Below are positions 49,445 to 58,965 of a stretch of 64,000 nucleotides of DNA, in pieces (positions within the stretch are counted from its first letter, which is position 1; each line of letters starts with the position of its first letter). Below the pieces are notes generated by a model, which worked only from the letters and a program-made list of their open reading frames with translations, searched no databases and was not told the DNA's origin. Position numbers and translations under genes: made by a program. Origin of the DNA: Polaromonas sp. (GTDB taxonomy: Bacteria; Pseudomonadota; Gammaproteobacteria; Burkholderiales; Burkholderiaceae_C); assembly GCA_038902775.1 (NCBI GenBank), contig JBCKNM010000003.1, positions 3-64,002 on the forward strand, written 5' to 3'.

Positions 49445-49900
49445 TCAGACAGATGCAGCCATGTCAGCCAGCGCGGCAATCGCATAGGCGTAGCCCTTGA
49501 CACCAAAGCCCGCCATCACGGCCTTGGCCACGGGTGAAATGTAGGAGTGACGACGAAAGGCTTCACGAGCGTGTACGTTGCTGATGTGCAGCTCGATCAG
49601 CGTCACGCCTGCGCCCTTGATGGCATCATGCAGCGCCACGCTGGTGTGGGTGTAGGCACCAGCATTGAGGATGACACCCGCCAGCGTTGCGGCAGCCTGC
49701 GCGCGGCCGGCTTCATGGATGGCATCAATCATCACGCCCTCGTGGTTGCTCTGGCGAAAGTCGAGCTTCAAACCATGGGTAGCACAGGCTACTGCGCACA
49801 GCGCTTCAACATCGGCCAGCGTCTGCGCGCCATAAACCGATGGCTCACGCACACCGAGCAGGTTGAGGTTGGGGCCATTGAGGACGAGTACGGTTTTCAT
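49445..49900 (-). CDS. aroQ: Type II 3-dehydroquinate dehydratase
   Basis: LNGPNLNLLG.REP..YG, QSNHEG, HISNVHARE.FR. Confidence 0.96.
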   Translation of the reverse strand: MKTVLVLNGPNLNLLGVREPSVYGAQTLADVEALCAVACATHGLKLDFRQSNHEGVMIDAIHEAGRAQAAATLAGVILNAGAYTHTSVALHDAIKGAGVTLIELHISNVHAREAFRRHSYISPVAKAVMAGFGVKGYAYAIAALADMAASV

Positions 49901-49909
49901 AAAAGGCTT

Positions 49910-51109
49910 TCAAATAGGGTTTTTGGGGTCAGAGTCCAAATTCATCGTGCCCTTGGCACGCCCTTCGGGTGCGATGCTTTGCATCGTCATGAAATTGGCG
50001 TCTGACCCCAATAACCCTCCGCTTTGCATAATGTTGGGCGTCGTCACCACCACATCCGCATTCTGCGCACGCTGCCTCAAAGCATGTTCCATCACCACCA
50101 GGGCCAGCAGTGCCTCGGCAATCGGTGTAGCGCGTATGCCCACACACGGGTCGTGGCGGCCCTTGGTCACGACTACGGCAGGGTTACCAGCCGTGTCAAT
50201 CGACTGGCGCGGCGTGATGATGGAGCTGGTCGGTTTGATGGCTATAGACACCTCGAGGTCTTGCCCGGTACTGATGCCGCCCAGCACGCCGCCCGCATTG
50301 TTCGACAGAAAGCCTTCAGGCGACAGCAAATCGCCGTGCGTCGTTCCGCGCTGGGTCACGCTAGCAAAACCGGCGCCAATTTCAACGCCCTTGACGGCGT
50401 TGAGGCCCATCATGGCGAAGGCGATGTCGGCGTCTAACTTGTCGTACAACGGTTCGCCCAAGCCGACAGGCACTTTACTGGCCGTAACGCGAATACGTGC
50501 ACCGCAGGAGTCGCCAGCCTTGCGCAAGTCGTCCATGTAAGCCTCCAGCTTTGACACGTCGGCTACTGGCGCAAAGAACGGATTATTGGGAACGTGATCC
50601 CACGACTCGAACGGGATCACCACGTCACCCATCTGCGTCATGCAGCCTTTGAAGGTGGTGCCGTATTTTTCTTTCAGCCACTTTTTGGCGACTGCGCCAG
50701 CGGCGACCGTGGGCGCTGTCAGGCGCGCCGACGAACGCCCGCCGCCGCGCAGATCGCGCAAGCCGTACTTGTGCAGATAGCTGTAGTCGGCATGGCCGGG
50801 GCGGAAGGTCTCCAGGATGTTGCTGTAGTCCTTGCTGCGCTGGTCGGTGTTTTTTATCAAGAGGCAAATCGGTGTGCCGGTGGTCTTGCCCTGGTATACG
50901 CCGGAGAGGATTTCAACCGCGTCAAGCTCGCTGCGCTGCGACACATGACGGCTGGTGCCGGGGCGGCGTCTATCCAGATCGGCCTGGATGTCAGCCTCGC
51001 ACAAGTCCATGCCCGGCGGGCAGCCGTCAATCACACAGCCAATGGCCGGGCCGTGGGATTCACCAAAGTTGGTGACTGCGAATAGGGTGCCTAGTGTATT
51101 GCCGCTCAT
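49910..51109 (-). CDS. aroC: Chorismate synthase with repeat-derived C-terminal extension
   Basis: [26 protein letters not shown]; the last ~36 aa are encoded by element B. Confidence 0.96.
   Translation of the reverse strand: MSGNTLGTLFAVTNFGESHGPAIGCVIDGCPPGMDLCEADIQADLDRRRPGTSRHVSQRSELDAVEILSGVYQGKTTGTPICLLIKNTDQRSKDYSNILETFRPGHADYSYLHKYGLRDLRGGGRSSARLTAPTVAAGAVAKKWLKEKYGTTFKGCMTQMGDVVIPFESWDHVPNNPFFAPVADVSKLEAYMDDLRKAGDSCGARIRVTASKVPVGLGEPLYDKLDADIAFAMMGLNAVKGVEIGAGFASVTQRGTTHGDLLSPEGFLSNNAGGVLGGISTGQDLEVSIAIKPTSSIITPRQSIDTAGNPAVVVTKGRHDPCVGIRATPIAEALLALVVMEHALRQRAQNADVVVTTPNIMQSGGLLGSDANFMTMQSIAPEGRAKGTMNLDSDPKNPI
49917..50017. repeat. Family B element within the aroC 3' end
   Basis: Near-identical to 7633-7732. 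Confidence 0.92.
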
Positions 51110-51150
51110 GGTCTGATTATCTGCGAGCCAACCTCTGCCCGTTCAAACCG

Positions 51151-51603
51151 TCAATCAATCTTCCCATCTTCCACCTCAGGCCCGTGAATATAGGCCTTGA
51201 GCATCTTGTTCTCGAAGTTCTGGCTATCGACCACGGCCTTGGCGACGTCGTAAAACGAGATCACGCCTTCGAGCATTTTCTTGTTGAGCACCGGCATGTA
51301 GCGCGCATGGCTGCCCAGCATCATGCGCCGCACCTCGTCAATCTCGGTGTCGGGCGTGCAGGTCAGCGGCGCATCGTCCATGGCCGTGCGCACCAGCGCG
51401 GCGCCGATCTCGCCGCCGTTTTTGACGATGCACAGAATTACCTCACGAAAGGTCAGCATGCCGACCAGATCGCCATGCTCCATCACGACCAGCGACCCGA
51501 TGTCTTTTTCGGCCATGATCTGGATCGCCTTGGCCAGTGGCTCGTCGGGCTGGACGGTGTAAAGCGTGTTGCCTTTGACGCGCAGTATGTCAAGAACTTT
51601 CAT
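51151..51603 (-). CDS. CBS domain protein
   Basis: MKVLDILRVKG, DIGSLVV...LVGMLTFRE, RYMPV...GVISFYD. Confidence 0.9.
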   Translation of the reverse strand: MKVLDILRVKGNTLYTVQPDEPLAKAIQIMAEKDIGSLVVMEHGDLVGMLTFREVILCIVKNGGEIGAALVRTAMDDAPLTCTPDTEIDEVRRMMLGSHARYMPVLNKKMLEGVISFYDVAKAVVDSQNFENKMLKAYIHGPEVEDGKID

Positions 51604-51677
51604 GGCGATCTCCTCGTTTTGCGGTTTTGCTATTTTCCCACTGCGATGTGCAGATGGGGGAATCTTTTTTACCAAGA

Positions 51678-51707
51678 GGGTTTTTGGGGTCAGAGTCCAA
51701 ATTCATC
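51678..51707. repeat. Single arm of family B
   Basis: GGGTTTTTGGGGTCAGAGTCCAAATTCATC in a divergent promoter region. Confidence 0.8.
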
Positions 51708-51727
51708 CCCGGTATCATGCCATCGAC

Positions 51728-52120
51728 ATGCCCATGAACAAAACAACACAGATAGACGCCACACGCTGGCTGGCCCTGGGCAGCCTGGGCGGGCTGATTG
51801 TGCTGGGCCTGGCCTGGGAAATGTGGCTGGCGCCCCTGCGGCCGGGCGGCTCGCTGCTGGCGCTCAAGGTGCTGCCCTTGTGCATTCCGCTGGCCGGGTT
51901 GCTGAAAAACCGCATGTACACCTACCGCTGGCTCAGCCTGATGGTCTGGCTGTATTTCACCGAAGGCGTGGTGCGCGCCTGGAGCGACAAGCCGCCCGGC
52001 AACTACCTAGCGATGCTTCAAGTGCTGCTGTGCCTGCTGCTGTTTGCGGCCTGCGCCCTTCATGTGCGCTTGCGACTTAAAAATGCGCTTTCACCCGTAC
52101 CCATCACTAAGGCTGTATGA
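51728..52120 (+). CDS. DUF2069-type membrane protein
   Basis: WEMWLAP..PGGS.LALK.LPL, YTYRW, YFTEGVVRA. Confidence 0.8.
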   Translation: MPMNKTTQIDATRWLALGSLGGLIVLGLAWEMWLAPLRPGGSLLALKVLPLCIPLAGLLKNRMYTYRWLSLMVWLYFTEGVVRAWSDKPPGNYLAMLQVLLCLLLFAACALHVRLRLKNALSPVPITKAV

Positions 52121-53532
52121 GTGCAGATCTACTCGATGTATTGAGAAAAATTACAGGCATCGCCCATGTGCTGTCTGAAGGCGATTTGACCGCCTGGGAA
52201 CTGGACTGGCGCAAACGCTCGCGCGGCAAGGCACTGGCGGTGGTGCGGCCTGCCAATACCCTGGAGGTGTCCAGCATCGTCAAGGCCTGCGCTGCTGCAG
52301 GTGTCAGCCTGGTGGCACAGGGTGGCAACACCGGGCTGGTGGGCGGCTCGACACCTGATGCATCGGGCCAGCAAATCGTCTTGAGCCTGCAACGCATGAA
52401 TGCCGTGCGCAACATCGACGCAGCCAATCTGACCATGACGGTTGAGGCGGGTTGCATCTTGCAAACGCTGCAAGAGACGGCAGAAAAAGCAGGTTTTCTT
52501 TTTCCGCTCAGTCTGGCTGCAGAAGGCAGTTGCACCATAGGCGGCAACCTGGCGACGAATGCTGGCGGCACGCAGGTGGTGCGCTACGGCAATGCGAGAG
52601 AACTCTGCCTGGGCCTTGAAGTGGTCACGGCGCAGGGCGAGATTTGGCAGGGGTTGAGCGGCCTGCGCAAAGACAACACCGGCTACGACCTGCGCGATTT
52701 GTTCATCGGCAGCGAAGGCACGCTGGGCATTATCACTGCGGCCACCATGAAGCTCTATCCCATGCCGGTAGCGCAGCTAACTGCATGGGCGGCCGTGCCG
52801 TCGATGCAACACGCCGTGACCCTGCTGGGTCTGGCGCACCAGCACCTGGGCGCAGGCCTGACGGGTTTTGAAGTCATGGGCCAGTTTGCATTGAGCCTGG
52901 TGGATAAACACTTTCCGCAGCAGCGCGTGCCGCTGTACAAAGACACACCATTTTGCGTTCTATTAGAAAACTCGGACCACGAATCTGAAAGCCATGCGCG
53001 TGAGCAGTTCGAGCGGCTGCTTGAAACCGCGATGGACCAAGGCTGCGTGACAGATGCAGTCGTCGCCGAAAACATCGCTCAAGCCCATGCGCTGTGGCAC
53101 CTGCGCGAGAGCATACCCATGGCGCAGGCTGAAGAAGGCCTGAATATCAAGCACGACATTTCAATCGCGATCTCGCGTATTCCTGAATTTGTAGCCACTA
53201 CTGACGCGCTGCTTGAAAAAGCAATCCCCGGTATACGCCTCGTCAACTTCGGCCACCTCGGCGACGGCAACCTGCACTACAACGTGCAGGCCCCTCTTGA
53301 CAGCGATGCGGCGGCGTTTCTGCGCGATGAAGAAGAAAACATCAACACCATCGTGTACGACTCGGTGCAAAAATTCGGCGGCTCGATCTCGGCAGAGCAC
53401 GGTGTCGGCAGCCTCAAGCTCGACAAGCTTGAGCAGCACAAATCGCCAGTAGCCATGGGCATGATGCGGGCCATCAAGCAGGCGCTGGACCCGCAGAATG
53501 TGATGAATCCGGGGCGGGTGCTACGGGCATAA
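52117..53532 (+). CDS. FAD-linked oxidase (D-2-hydroxyacid dehydrogenase-like)
   Basis: QGGNTGLVGG, GGNLATNAGG, FGHLGDGNLH, SAEHGVG, MNPGRV. Confidence 0.9.
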   Translation: MSADLLDVLRKITGIAHVLSEGDLTAWELDWRKRSRGKALAVVRPANTLEVSSIVKACAAAGVSLVAQGGNTGLVGGSTPDASGQQIVLSLQRMNAVRNIDAANLTMTVEAGCILQTLQETAEKAGFLFPLSLAAEGSCTIGGNLATNAGGTQVVRYGNARELCLGLEVVTAQGEIWQGLSGLRKDNTGYDLRDLFIGSEGTLGIITAATMKLYPMPVAQLTAWAAVPSMQHAVTLLGLAHQHLGAGLTGFEVMGQFALSLVDKHFPQQRVPLYKDTPFCVLLENSDHESESHAREQFERLLETAMDQGCVTDAVVAENIAQAHALWHLRESIPMAQAEEGLNIKHDISIAISRIPEFVATTDALLEKAIPGIRLVNFGHLGDGNLHYNVQAPLDSDAAAFLRDEEENINTIVYDSVQKFGGSISAEHGVGSLKLDKLEQHKSPVAMGMMRAIKQALDPQNVMNPGRVLRA

Positions 53533-53593
53533 TTAAATCTCTCCGGTTTTCGCTGTCCAACCCCTGTTTTTTCACCTGCTTACTTCCTGTCCC

Positions 53594-54424
53594 ATGATGT
53601 ACCCCATCCGCTCCCAATACGAAGACTTCATGCGCCACGTTGACACGCACGGCGTCTTCAAGGCGGACCGCACCGGCACCGGCACTAAAAGCGTTTTTGG
53701 CTACCAGATGCGCTTTGACTTGAACGAAGGCTTTCCGCTGGTCACCACCAAAAAAGTTCACCTCAAATCCATCGTGCATGAGCTGCTGTGGTTTCTACAG
53801 GGCTCCAGCGACAACAACTGGCTGAAAGAGCGCGGCGTGACGATTTGGGACGAATGGGCACGCGAAGACGGCGACCTGGGTCCGGTGTATGGCGTGCAGT
53901 GGCGCAGCTGGCCGACCACCGAGGGCGGGCACATAGACCAAATCACCGATGTGATCAACACACTCAAAACCAACCCTGATTCACGCCGCATCATCGTCAG
54001 CGCCTGGAATGTGGCCGATCTGTCAAAAATGGCGCTGATGCCCTGCCACGCCTTCTTCCAGTTTTACGTTGCGCCCGCCACCACACCTGACGGCAAAGGA
54101 CAATTGAGTTGTCAGCTCTACCAGCGCAGCGCCGACATCTTTCTCGGCGTGCCCTTCAACATTGCCAGCTACGCGCTGCTCACGCACATGGTGGCGCAGC
54201 AGTGCAATCTGGATGTGGGTGACTTCATCTGGACCGGCGGCGACTGCCACATCTACAGCAACCATGCCGAACAGGTCGCGCTGCAACTGAGCCGCACGCC
54301 CATGGCTTACCCGCACCTCAACATCAAGCGCAAACCCGATTCGATATTCGATTACGAGTTTGAAGATTTCGAGTTTTTAAACTACCAGCATCATCTCGCC
54401 ATCAAGGCTCCCGTCGCGGTGTAA
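53594..54424 (+). CDS. thyA: Thymidylate synthase
   Basis: [37 protein letters not shown]. Confidence 0.98.
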   Translation: MMYPIRSQYEDFMRHVDTHGVFKADRTGTGTKSVFGYQMRFDLNEGFPLVTTKKVHLKSIVHELLWFLQGSSDNNWLKERGVTIWDEWAREDGDLGPVYGVQWRSWPTTEGGHIDQITDVINTLKTNPDSRRIIVSAWNVADLSKMALMPCHAFFQFYVAPATTPDGKGQLSCQLYQRSADIFLGVPFNIASYALLTHMVAQQCNLDVGDFIWTGGDCHIYSNHAEQVALQLSRTPMAYPHLNIKRKPDSIFDYEFEDFEFLNYQHHLAIKAPVAV

Positions 54425-54553
54425 GGGAGTTGGCAATTGCGAAAGTACCACCCACTCGTCATTGCGAGCGAAGCGCGGCAATCCATGAACCCCTGGATTG
54501 CCGCGCTTCGCTCGCAATGACGGAAAAAGGTGCATCGGTATCGTCCACCTCCC
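54425..54553. mobile_element. Family G MITE with nested family C palindrome, TAA duplication at the thyA stop
   Basis: TAA|GGGAGTTGG...CCACCTCCC|TAA; reverse complement of 46575-46703 except for one base and the 8-nt loop. Confidence 0.9.
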
Positions 54554-54574
54554 TAAGCCTCTTCAAGCACCACG

Positions 54575-55069
54575 ATGCAAGTCAACCTGATTTACGCTAG
54601 ATCCGCCAACGGCGTGATCGGCAACAACAACACCCTGCCCTGGCACCTGCCAGAAGACATGGCGCACTTCAAACGCATGACGACGGGCTGGCCCGTCATC
54701 ATGGGGCGCAAAACCTGGGACTCGCTGCCACCACGCTTTCGCCCTTTGCCGGGCCGCAGCAATGTGGTCATCACGCAGCAAGCGCAATGGGTAGCGCAAG
54801 GCGCTTTGGTGGCTACCAGCCTGCCGGATGCACTGAAGCTCTGCGAAACGTCAGAACAGGTCTGGGTGATAGGCGGCGCACAAATCTACCAACAGGCAGA
54901 GCCGTTTGCGCAGCGCATCGAAGTCACTGAGATTGCGCAAGATTTTGAGGGCGACGCATTCGCTCCTAAACTCGGCACGCATTGGACTGAGGCGGCGCGT
55001 GAAGCCCATGTGTCGTCAAACGGTTTGAAGTTCAGTTTTATCACCTATAAAAAACACCAAGGAGATTGA
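54575..55069 (+). CDS. folA: Dihydrofolate reductase
   Basis: VIG.NNTLPW.LPEDM.HFK, MGRKTW, PLPGR.N, IGGAQIY, GDAF. Confidence 0.96.
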   Translation: MQVNLIYARSANGVIGNNNTLPWHLPEDMAHFKRMTTGWPVIMGRKTWDSLPPRFRPLPGRSNVVITQQAQWVAQGALVATSLPDALKLCETSEQVWVIGGAQIYQQAEPFAQRIEVTEIAQDFEGDAFAPKLGTHWTEAAREAHVSSNGLKFSFITYKKHQGD

Positions 55070-55116
55070 TATGGCCGGTTTCTATTGGGCTGCGGCCACT
55101 TTTGTATATTGAAAAT

Positions 55117-55908
55117 ATGAAAATTGCTACATGGAATGTCAACTCACTCGCTGTTCGCCTGCCGCAGGTCATCGACTGGCTGACTGCCAATCCGGTTGAT
55201 GTGCTGTGCCTGCAAGAACTCAAACTCAGCGACGAAAAATTTCCCGTCAAGGAAATTGAAGCGGCAGGCTACCACAGCGCTTTTTTCGGCCAGAAAACAT
55301 ACAACGGTGTGGCCATACTGAGCCGTTGCGAGCTGGGGCCAGCGCGCGATGTCGTCAAAAACATAAGCGGCTTTGTCGACGAACAGTCCCGCGTGATTGC
55401 CGTCACATTAGACACGCCGCAAGGTGAAGTGCGCGTGGTCAATGGCTACTTCGTCAACGGCCAGGAGCCAGGCAGCGAAAAGTTTGCCTACAAGATGAAG
55501 TGGCTCGATGGCCTGCGTGCGGCACTGCGCGCAGAGCTGGCCGCGCATCCACGCCTGGTGCTACTGGGCGACTTCAACATCACGGTTGATGATCGCGACA
55601 CCTATGACCCGGTGGCCCTGCGCGAAACCATTCATCACACCACCGAAGAACGGCATCACTTTCAGGGGCTGATTGAGCTCGGGCTGACTGACGCATTTCG
55701 CATGTTCGAGCAGCCTGAAAAAAGCTACTCATGGTGGGATTACCGCGAGTTTGGGTTCCGCCGCAATCGTGGTTTGCGCATCGACCACATTCTGGTCAGC
55801 GAAGCACTCAAGCCCCAAGTCAAAAGCTGTGTGATTGACAAGCTGCCGCGAAAAAACGAACGCCCCAGCGACCATGCACCTGTGACTGTAGAAATCGCTA
55901 CCAGCTAG
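55117..55908 (+). CDS. xth: Exodeoxyribonuclease III
   Basis: MKIATWNVNS, LQELK, YNGVAI, GDFN, SDHAPV. Confidence 0.96.
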   Translation: MKIATWNVNSLAVRLPQVIDWLTANPVDVLCLQELKLSDEKFPVKEIEAAGYHSAFFGQKTYNGVAILSRCELGPARDVVKNISGFVDEQSRVIAVTLDTPQGEVRVVNGYFVNGQEPGSEKFAYKMKWLDGLRAALRAELAAHPRLVLLGDFNITVDDRDTYDPVALRETIHHTTEERHHFQGLIELGLTDAFRMFEQPEKSYSWWDYREFGFRRNRGLRIDHILVSEALKPQVKSCVIDKLPRKNERPSDHAPVTVEIATS

Positions 55909-55924
55909 TTGCTATAAAAATAGT

Positions 55925-56023
55925 GGTTTTTGGGGTCAGACACCAATTTCGCGGCATCGCAAAGCGCCGCCCCCGTTGGGTAAGCTGAAGGCTTAGCGAA
56001 TTTGGGCTCTGACCCCAAAAACC
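55925..56023. repeat. Family B element (subtype 2, diverged)
   Basis: Family B termini, between convergent xth and ntrC. Confidence 0.88.
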
Positions 56024-56038
56024 AACGTGGGGGCCACA

Positions 56039-57589
56039 TTACTCTAAATTCAGCTCTTGAATTTTGCGCGTGATGGTATTGCGGCCTATGCCGAGCTTTT
56101 GTGCGGCTTCGATGCGCCTGCCGCGTGTGCTTTGCAAGGCGGTCTGAATCAGCTTCGATTCAAAACGCCGCGTCAGCACATCCCACACGTCGCTGCGGCC
56201 TGTCGCCAGCAAGGCCTTGGCTTCCACTTCAAGGCCGGTCTCCCAGTCCTGGCTGCCACCGGTATCGACTCCACCGGAAGGCAGACCGCCGACTGGCGCT
56301 TCGGCTACGGGCATCGCAGCCGCAGAAATTTCTGCTGCAGCGATTGCGTGGCCGGATGGTGCTGCACCCCTTGCAACACCCGACGAGGCGAGCGATGCGG
56401 TGGCCGCCTTGCCGTGTTCGGGCGTGCTGCCCAGCACCTCGGGCGGCAGGTCTTTGGGTTCAATCACCTGCGCGGGTGCCATCACGGTCAGCCAGTGGCA
56501 GATGTTCTCGAGCTGGCGCACATTGCCGGGGAAGGCAAAGGTTGAGAGCTGCTGCAAGGCGGCATCTGAAATGCGTTTGGGCTCTACCCCAAGCTGTTTG
56601 GCGCTTTGCTGCAAGAAGTGGCGCGTCAGTGCAAACACATCTTCGCGCCGCTCGCGTAGCGCTGGCAGGCGCAGGCGAATCACGTTCAGGCGGTGGTAGA
56701 GATCTTCCCTGAACAGGCCTTCTTTCACGCGCTGCTCCAGGTCTTGATGGGTGGCCGCAATCACACGCGGATTCGCCTTGATGGCGTTGTGGCCACCGAC
56801 GCGGTAGAAATGCCCGTCACTCAGCACGCGCAGCAAACGGGTTTGCAAATCAAATGGCATGTCGCCGATTTCATCTAAAAACAGCGTGCCGCCGTCGGCC
56901 TGCTCGAAGCGGCCACGGCGCATGGTTTGCGCGCCGGTGAAGGCACCGCGCTCATGGCCAAAGAGTTCGCTCTCTAACAAATCTTTCGGGATGGCTGCGG
57001 TATTGATGGCGATAAACGGGCCGTTGGCGCGGCTTGAATGCTTGTGCAGCGCTTTGGCAACCAGCTCTTTGCCCGAGCCGGATTCGCCGGTAATCAACAC
57101 CGTCACATTGCTCTGGCTCAAGCGGCCAATGGCTCTGAATACATCTTGCATGGCGGGCGCTTGGCCGAGCATTTCAGGCGCGGCGGCCATGCGTTCTTCG
57201 GCGACTTCTTCGCGCTGGCTTTCTTCAACCGCGCGGCGAATCAGTTCAACCGCTTTGGGCAAGTCAAAAGGCTTGGGCAGGTATTCAAACGCGCCGCTCT
57301 GAAAGGCCGACACGGCGCTGTCGAGATCAGAAAACGCCGTCATGATGATGACCGGCAGGCCGGGTAGCTTGGCTTTTACTTTTTCCAGCAGGTCAAGGCC
57401 CGAGCCTCCAGGCATACGGATGTCGCTCACCAGAATTTGCGGGCCGTCGTCTTCGGTAGCAAGCTCTAAGGCTGCCAGCACTTCACGCGGATTCGTGAAG
57501 CTGCGGGTCGGCAGGCCTTCGCGCAGCAAGGCTTTTTCAAGCACAAACCGGATGGACTGGTCATCGTCAACAATCCAGATCGGTTTCAT
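56039..57589 (-). CDS. ntrC: Nitrogen regulation response regulator NtrC
   Basis: Receiver domain, GESGSGKE, GAFTGA, C-terminal HTH LGIGRNTITRK. Confidence 0.97.
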   Translation of the reverse strand: MKPIWIVDDDQSIRFVLEKALLREGLPTRSFTNPREVLAALELATEDDGPQILVSDIRMPGGSGLDLLEKVKAKLPGLPVIIMTAFSDLDSAVSAFQSGAFEYLPKPFDLPKAVELIRRAVEESQREEVAEERMAAAPEMLGQAPAMQDVFRAIGRLSQSNVTVLITGESGSGKELVAKALHKHSSRANGPFIAINTAAIPKDLLESELFGHERGAFTGAQTMRRGRFEQADGGTLFLDEIGDMPFDLQTRLLRVLSDGHFYRVGGHNAIKANPRVIAATHQDLEQRVKEGLFREDLYHRLNVIRLRLPALRERREDVFALTRHFLQQSAKQLGVEPKRISDAALQQLSTFAFPGNVRQLENICHWLTVMAPAQVIEPKDLPPEVLGSTPEHGKAATASLASSGVARGAAPSGHAIAAAEISAAAMPVAEAPVGGLPSGGVDTGGSQDWETGLEVEAKALLATGRSDVWDVLTRRFESKLIQTALQSTRGRRIEAAQKLGIGRNTITRKIQELNLE

Positions 57590-57639
57590 GTTTGGTCCCT
57601 TTGGTATTACCGGTTATCTGTCAAATGAAACGACAGACT

Positions 57640-58728
57640 TCAAGGCAGGGGTATCAGCAACTTGAAGTCCGTACGGCCCGGGACGCTGTCACACTCGATC
57701 AATCCGTGGTGTTGCTGAACAAAAGTTTGCGCCAATGTCAGTCCCAGCCCGGAACCGCCTTCACGCCCCGATATCAGGGGATAGAAAATACGGTCTTTGA
57801 TGGAGTCCGGCACGCCCGGTCCATTGTCGATGACATGCAATTCCAGTGCCAAGCGATAACGCTGCTTGCCGAAAGTTACCTGACGCGCAATTCGGGTCTT
57901 GAAAGTGATCTGCGCATCACCCGCTGCAATGCGCTCTGCCAGCGCGTGGGCGGCGTTGTGGGCGATGTTGATGACGGCCTGAATCATCTGCTCCCGGTCG
58001 CCCCGGAACTCAGGAATCGACACATCGTAGTCGCGCACAAAGCGCAAACCCTTGGGAAACTCGGCCAGGATCAGCGAGCGCACCCGCTCACACACCTCGT
58101 GAATGCTGACATCGCCCACCAGGTGCGGACGGCGGTGCGGTGCCAGCAGGCGGTCTACCAGCGTCTGCAAGCGGTCGGCCTCATGGATGATGACCTGGGT
58201 GTATTCAGTCAGCTCCTTGTCGATCTCCATCTGTAGCAACTGCGCCGCACCGCGAATGCCGCCCAGCGGGTTCTTGATTTCATGGGCCAGGTTACGAATC
58301 AGCTCCTTGTTGGCTTGGGCCTGGTCCATCAGGCGCTCCTCGCGGTCCTGCTTGACCTGCTGCTCAAGCGGCAGCAGCTCGACAATCGCCTCGCCTGCTG
58401 TGTCGGTCTGCGCCACCACCACATGCACCGGCATCGGTTCGCGGTTCAGCGGCCTGAGCCATGCGTCGTAACGCAGCGCCGCAAACTCGTTGCTGCCAGC
58501 GCCTTGCAGCGCGTTTTGCAGTATGTGCGGCTCGGTAAAGCAGTCAGGCAACTGGGAACCTTCGATGGTGCGGCGGGAGGTACCCAGCGCGTCTTCGAGG
58601 GCAGCGTTGGCGAACACGACCACTCCATCCGTACGCACCACAGCCACCAATGTGGCCAGTAGGTCAAACGACTGGAAGCGAGGGGCGCTGGCAGCAGGTT
58701 CGGCAGCAAAAAAATTAGGCTTTTTCAA
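57640..58728 (-). CDS. ntrB: Nitrogen regulation sensor kinase NtrB
   Basis: LAHEIKNPLGGIRGAAQLL, DNGPG, GSGLGL; the start is uncertain because a MITE abuts the 5' end (TTG at 58728 assumed). Confidence 0.93.
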   Translation of the reverse strand: MKKPNFFAAEPAASAPRFQSFDLLATLVAVVRTDGVVVFANAALEDALGTSRRTIEGSQLPDCFTEPHILQNALQGAGSNEFAALRYDAWLRPLNREPMPVHVVVAQTDTAGEAIVELLPLEQQVKQDREERLMDQAQANKELIRNLAHEIKNPLGGIRGAAQLLQMEIDKELTEYTQVIIHEADRLQTLVDRLLAPHRRPHLVGDVSIHEVCERVRSLILAEFPKGLRFVRDYDVSIPEFRGDREQMIQAVINIAHNAAHALAERIAAGDAQITFKTRIARQVTFGKQRYRLALELHVIDNGPGVPDSIKDRIFYPLISGREGGSGLGLTLAQTFVQQHHGLIECDSVPGRTDFKLLIPLP

Positions 58729-58870
58729 GGGCACTTCTATAAATTCATTTTTCGGGCGAGTTGCGTCGTTGGGCGGTACTCGCAATCCTCACGTACCTGA
58801 GTACGTTCCGGTTGCTGCGTTCCGTCCGCCTTGCACTTCATCCCGAAAATTTGAATTTCTAGAAGCGCCC
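58729..58870. mobile_element. MITE family A, TCAA target duplication at the ntrB 5' end
   Basis: TCAA|GGGCACTTCTA...TAGAAGCGCCC|TCAA. Confidence 0.92.
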
Positions 58871-58900
58871 TCAAGCTTTCTATTTTGGCGCAGAACCTAG

Positions 58901-58948
58901 GAGCCTGTCGGACTTTGGGAGCATCGGCTGCAAAAGTCCGACAGGCTC
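58901..58948. mobile_element. 48-bp inverted-repeat mini element (family E) flanked by CTAG
   Basis: CTAG|GAGCCTGTCGGACTTT...AAAGTCCGACAGGCTC|CTAG. Confidence 0.65.
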
Positions 58949-58965
58949 CTAGCCAAGAAGATTTT

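Noticed and set aside
56217-56430. Ala/Gly-rich stretch in NtrC as an insertion element
   Set aside because: No terminal repeats or other copies; it fits a variable linker before the HTH
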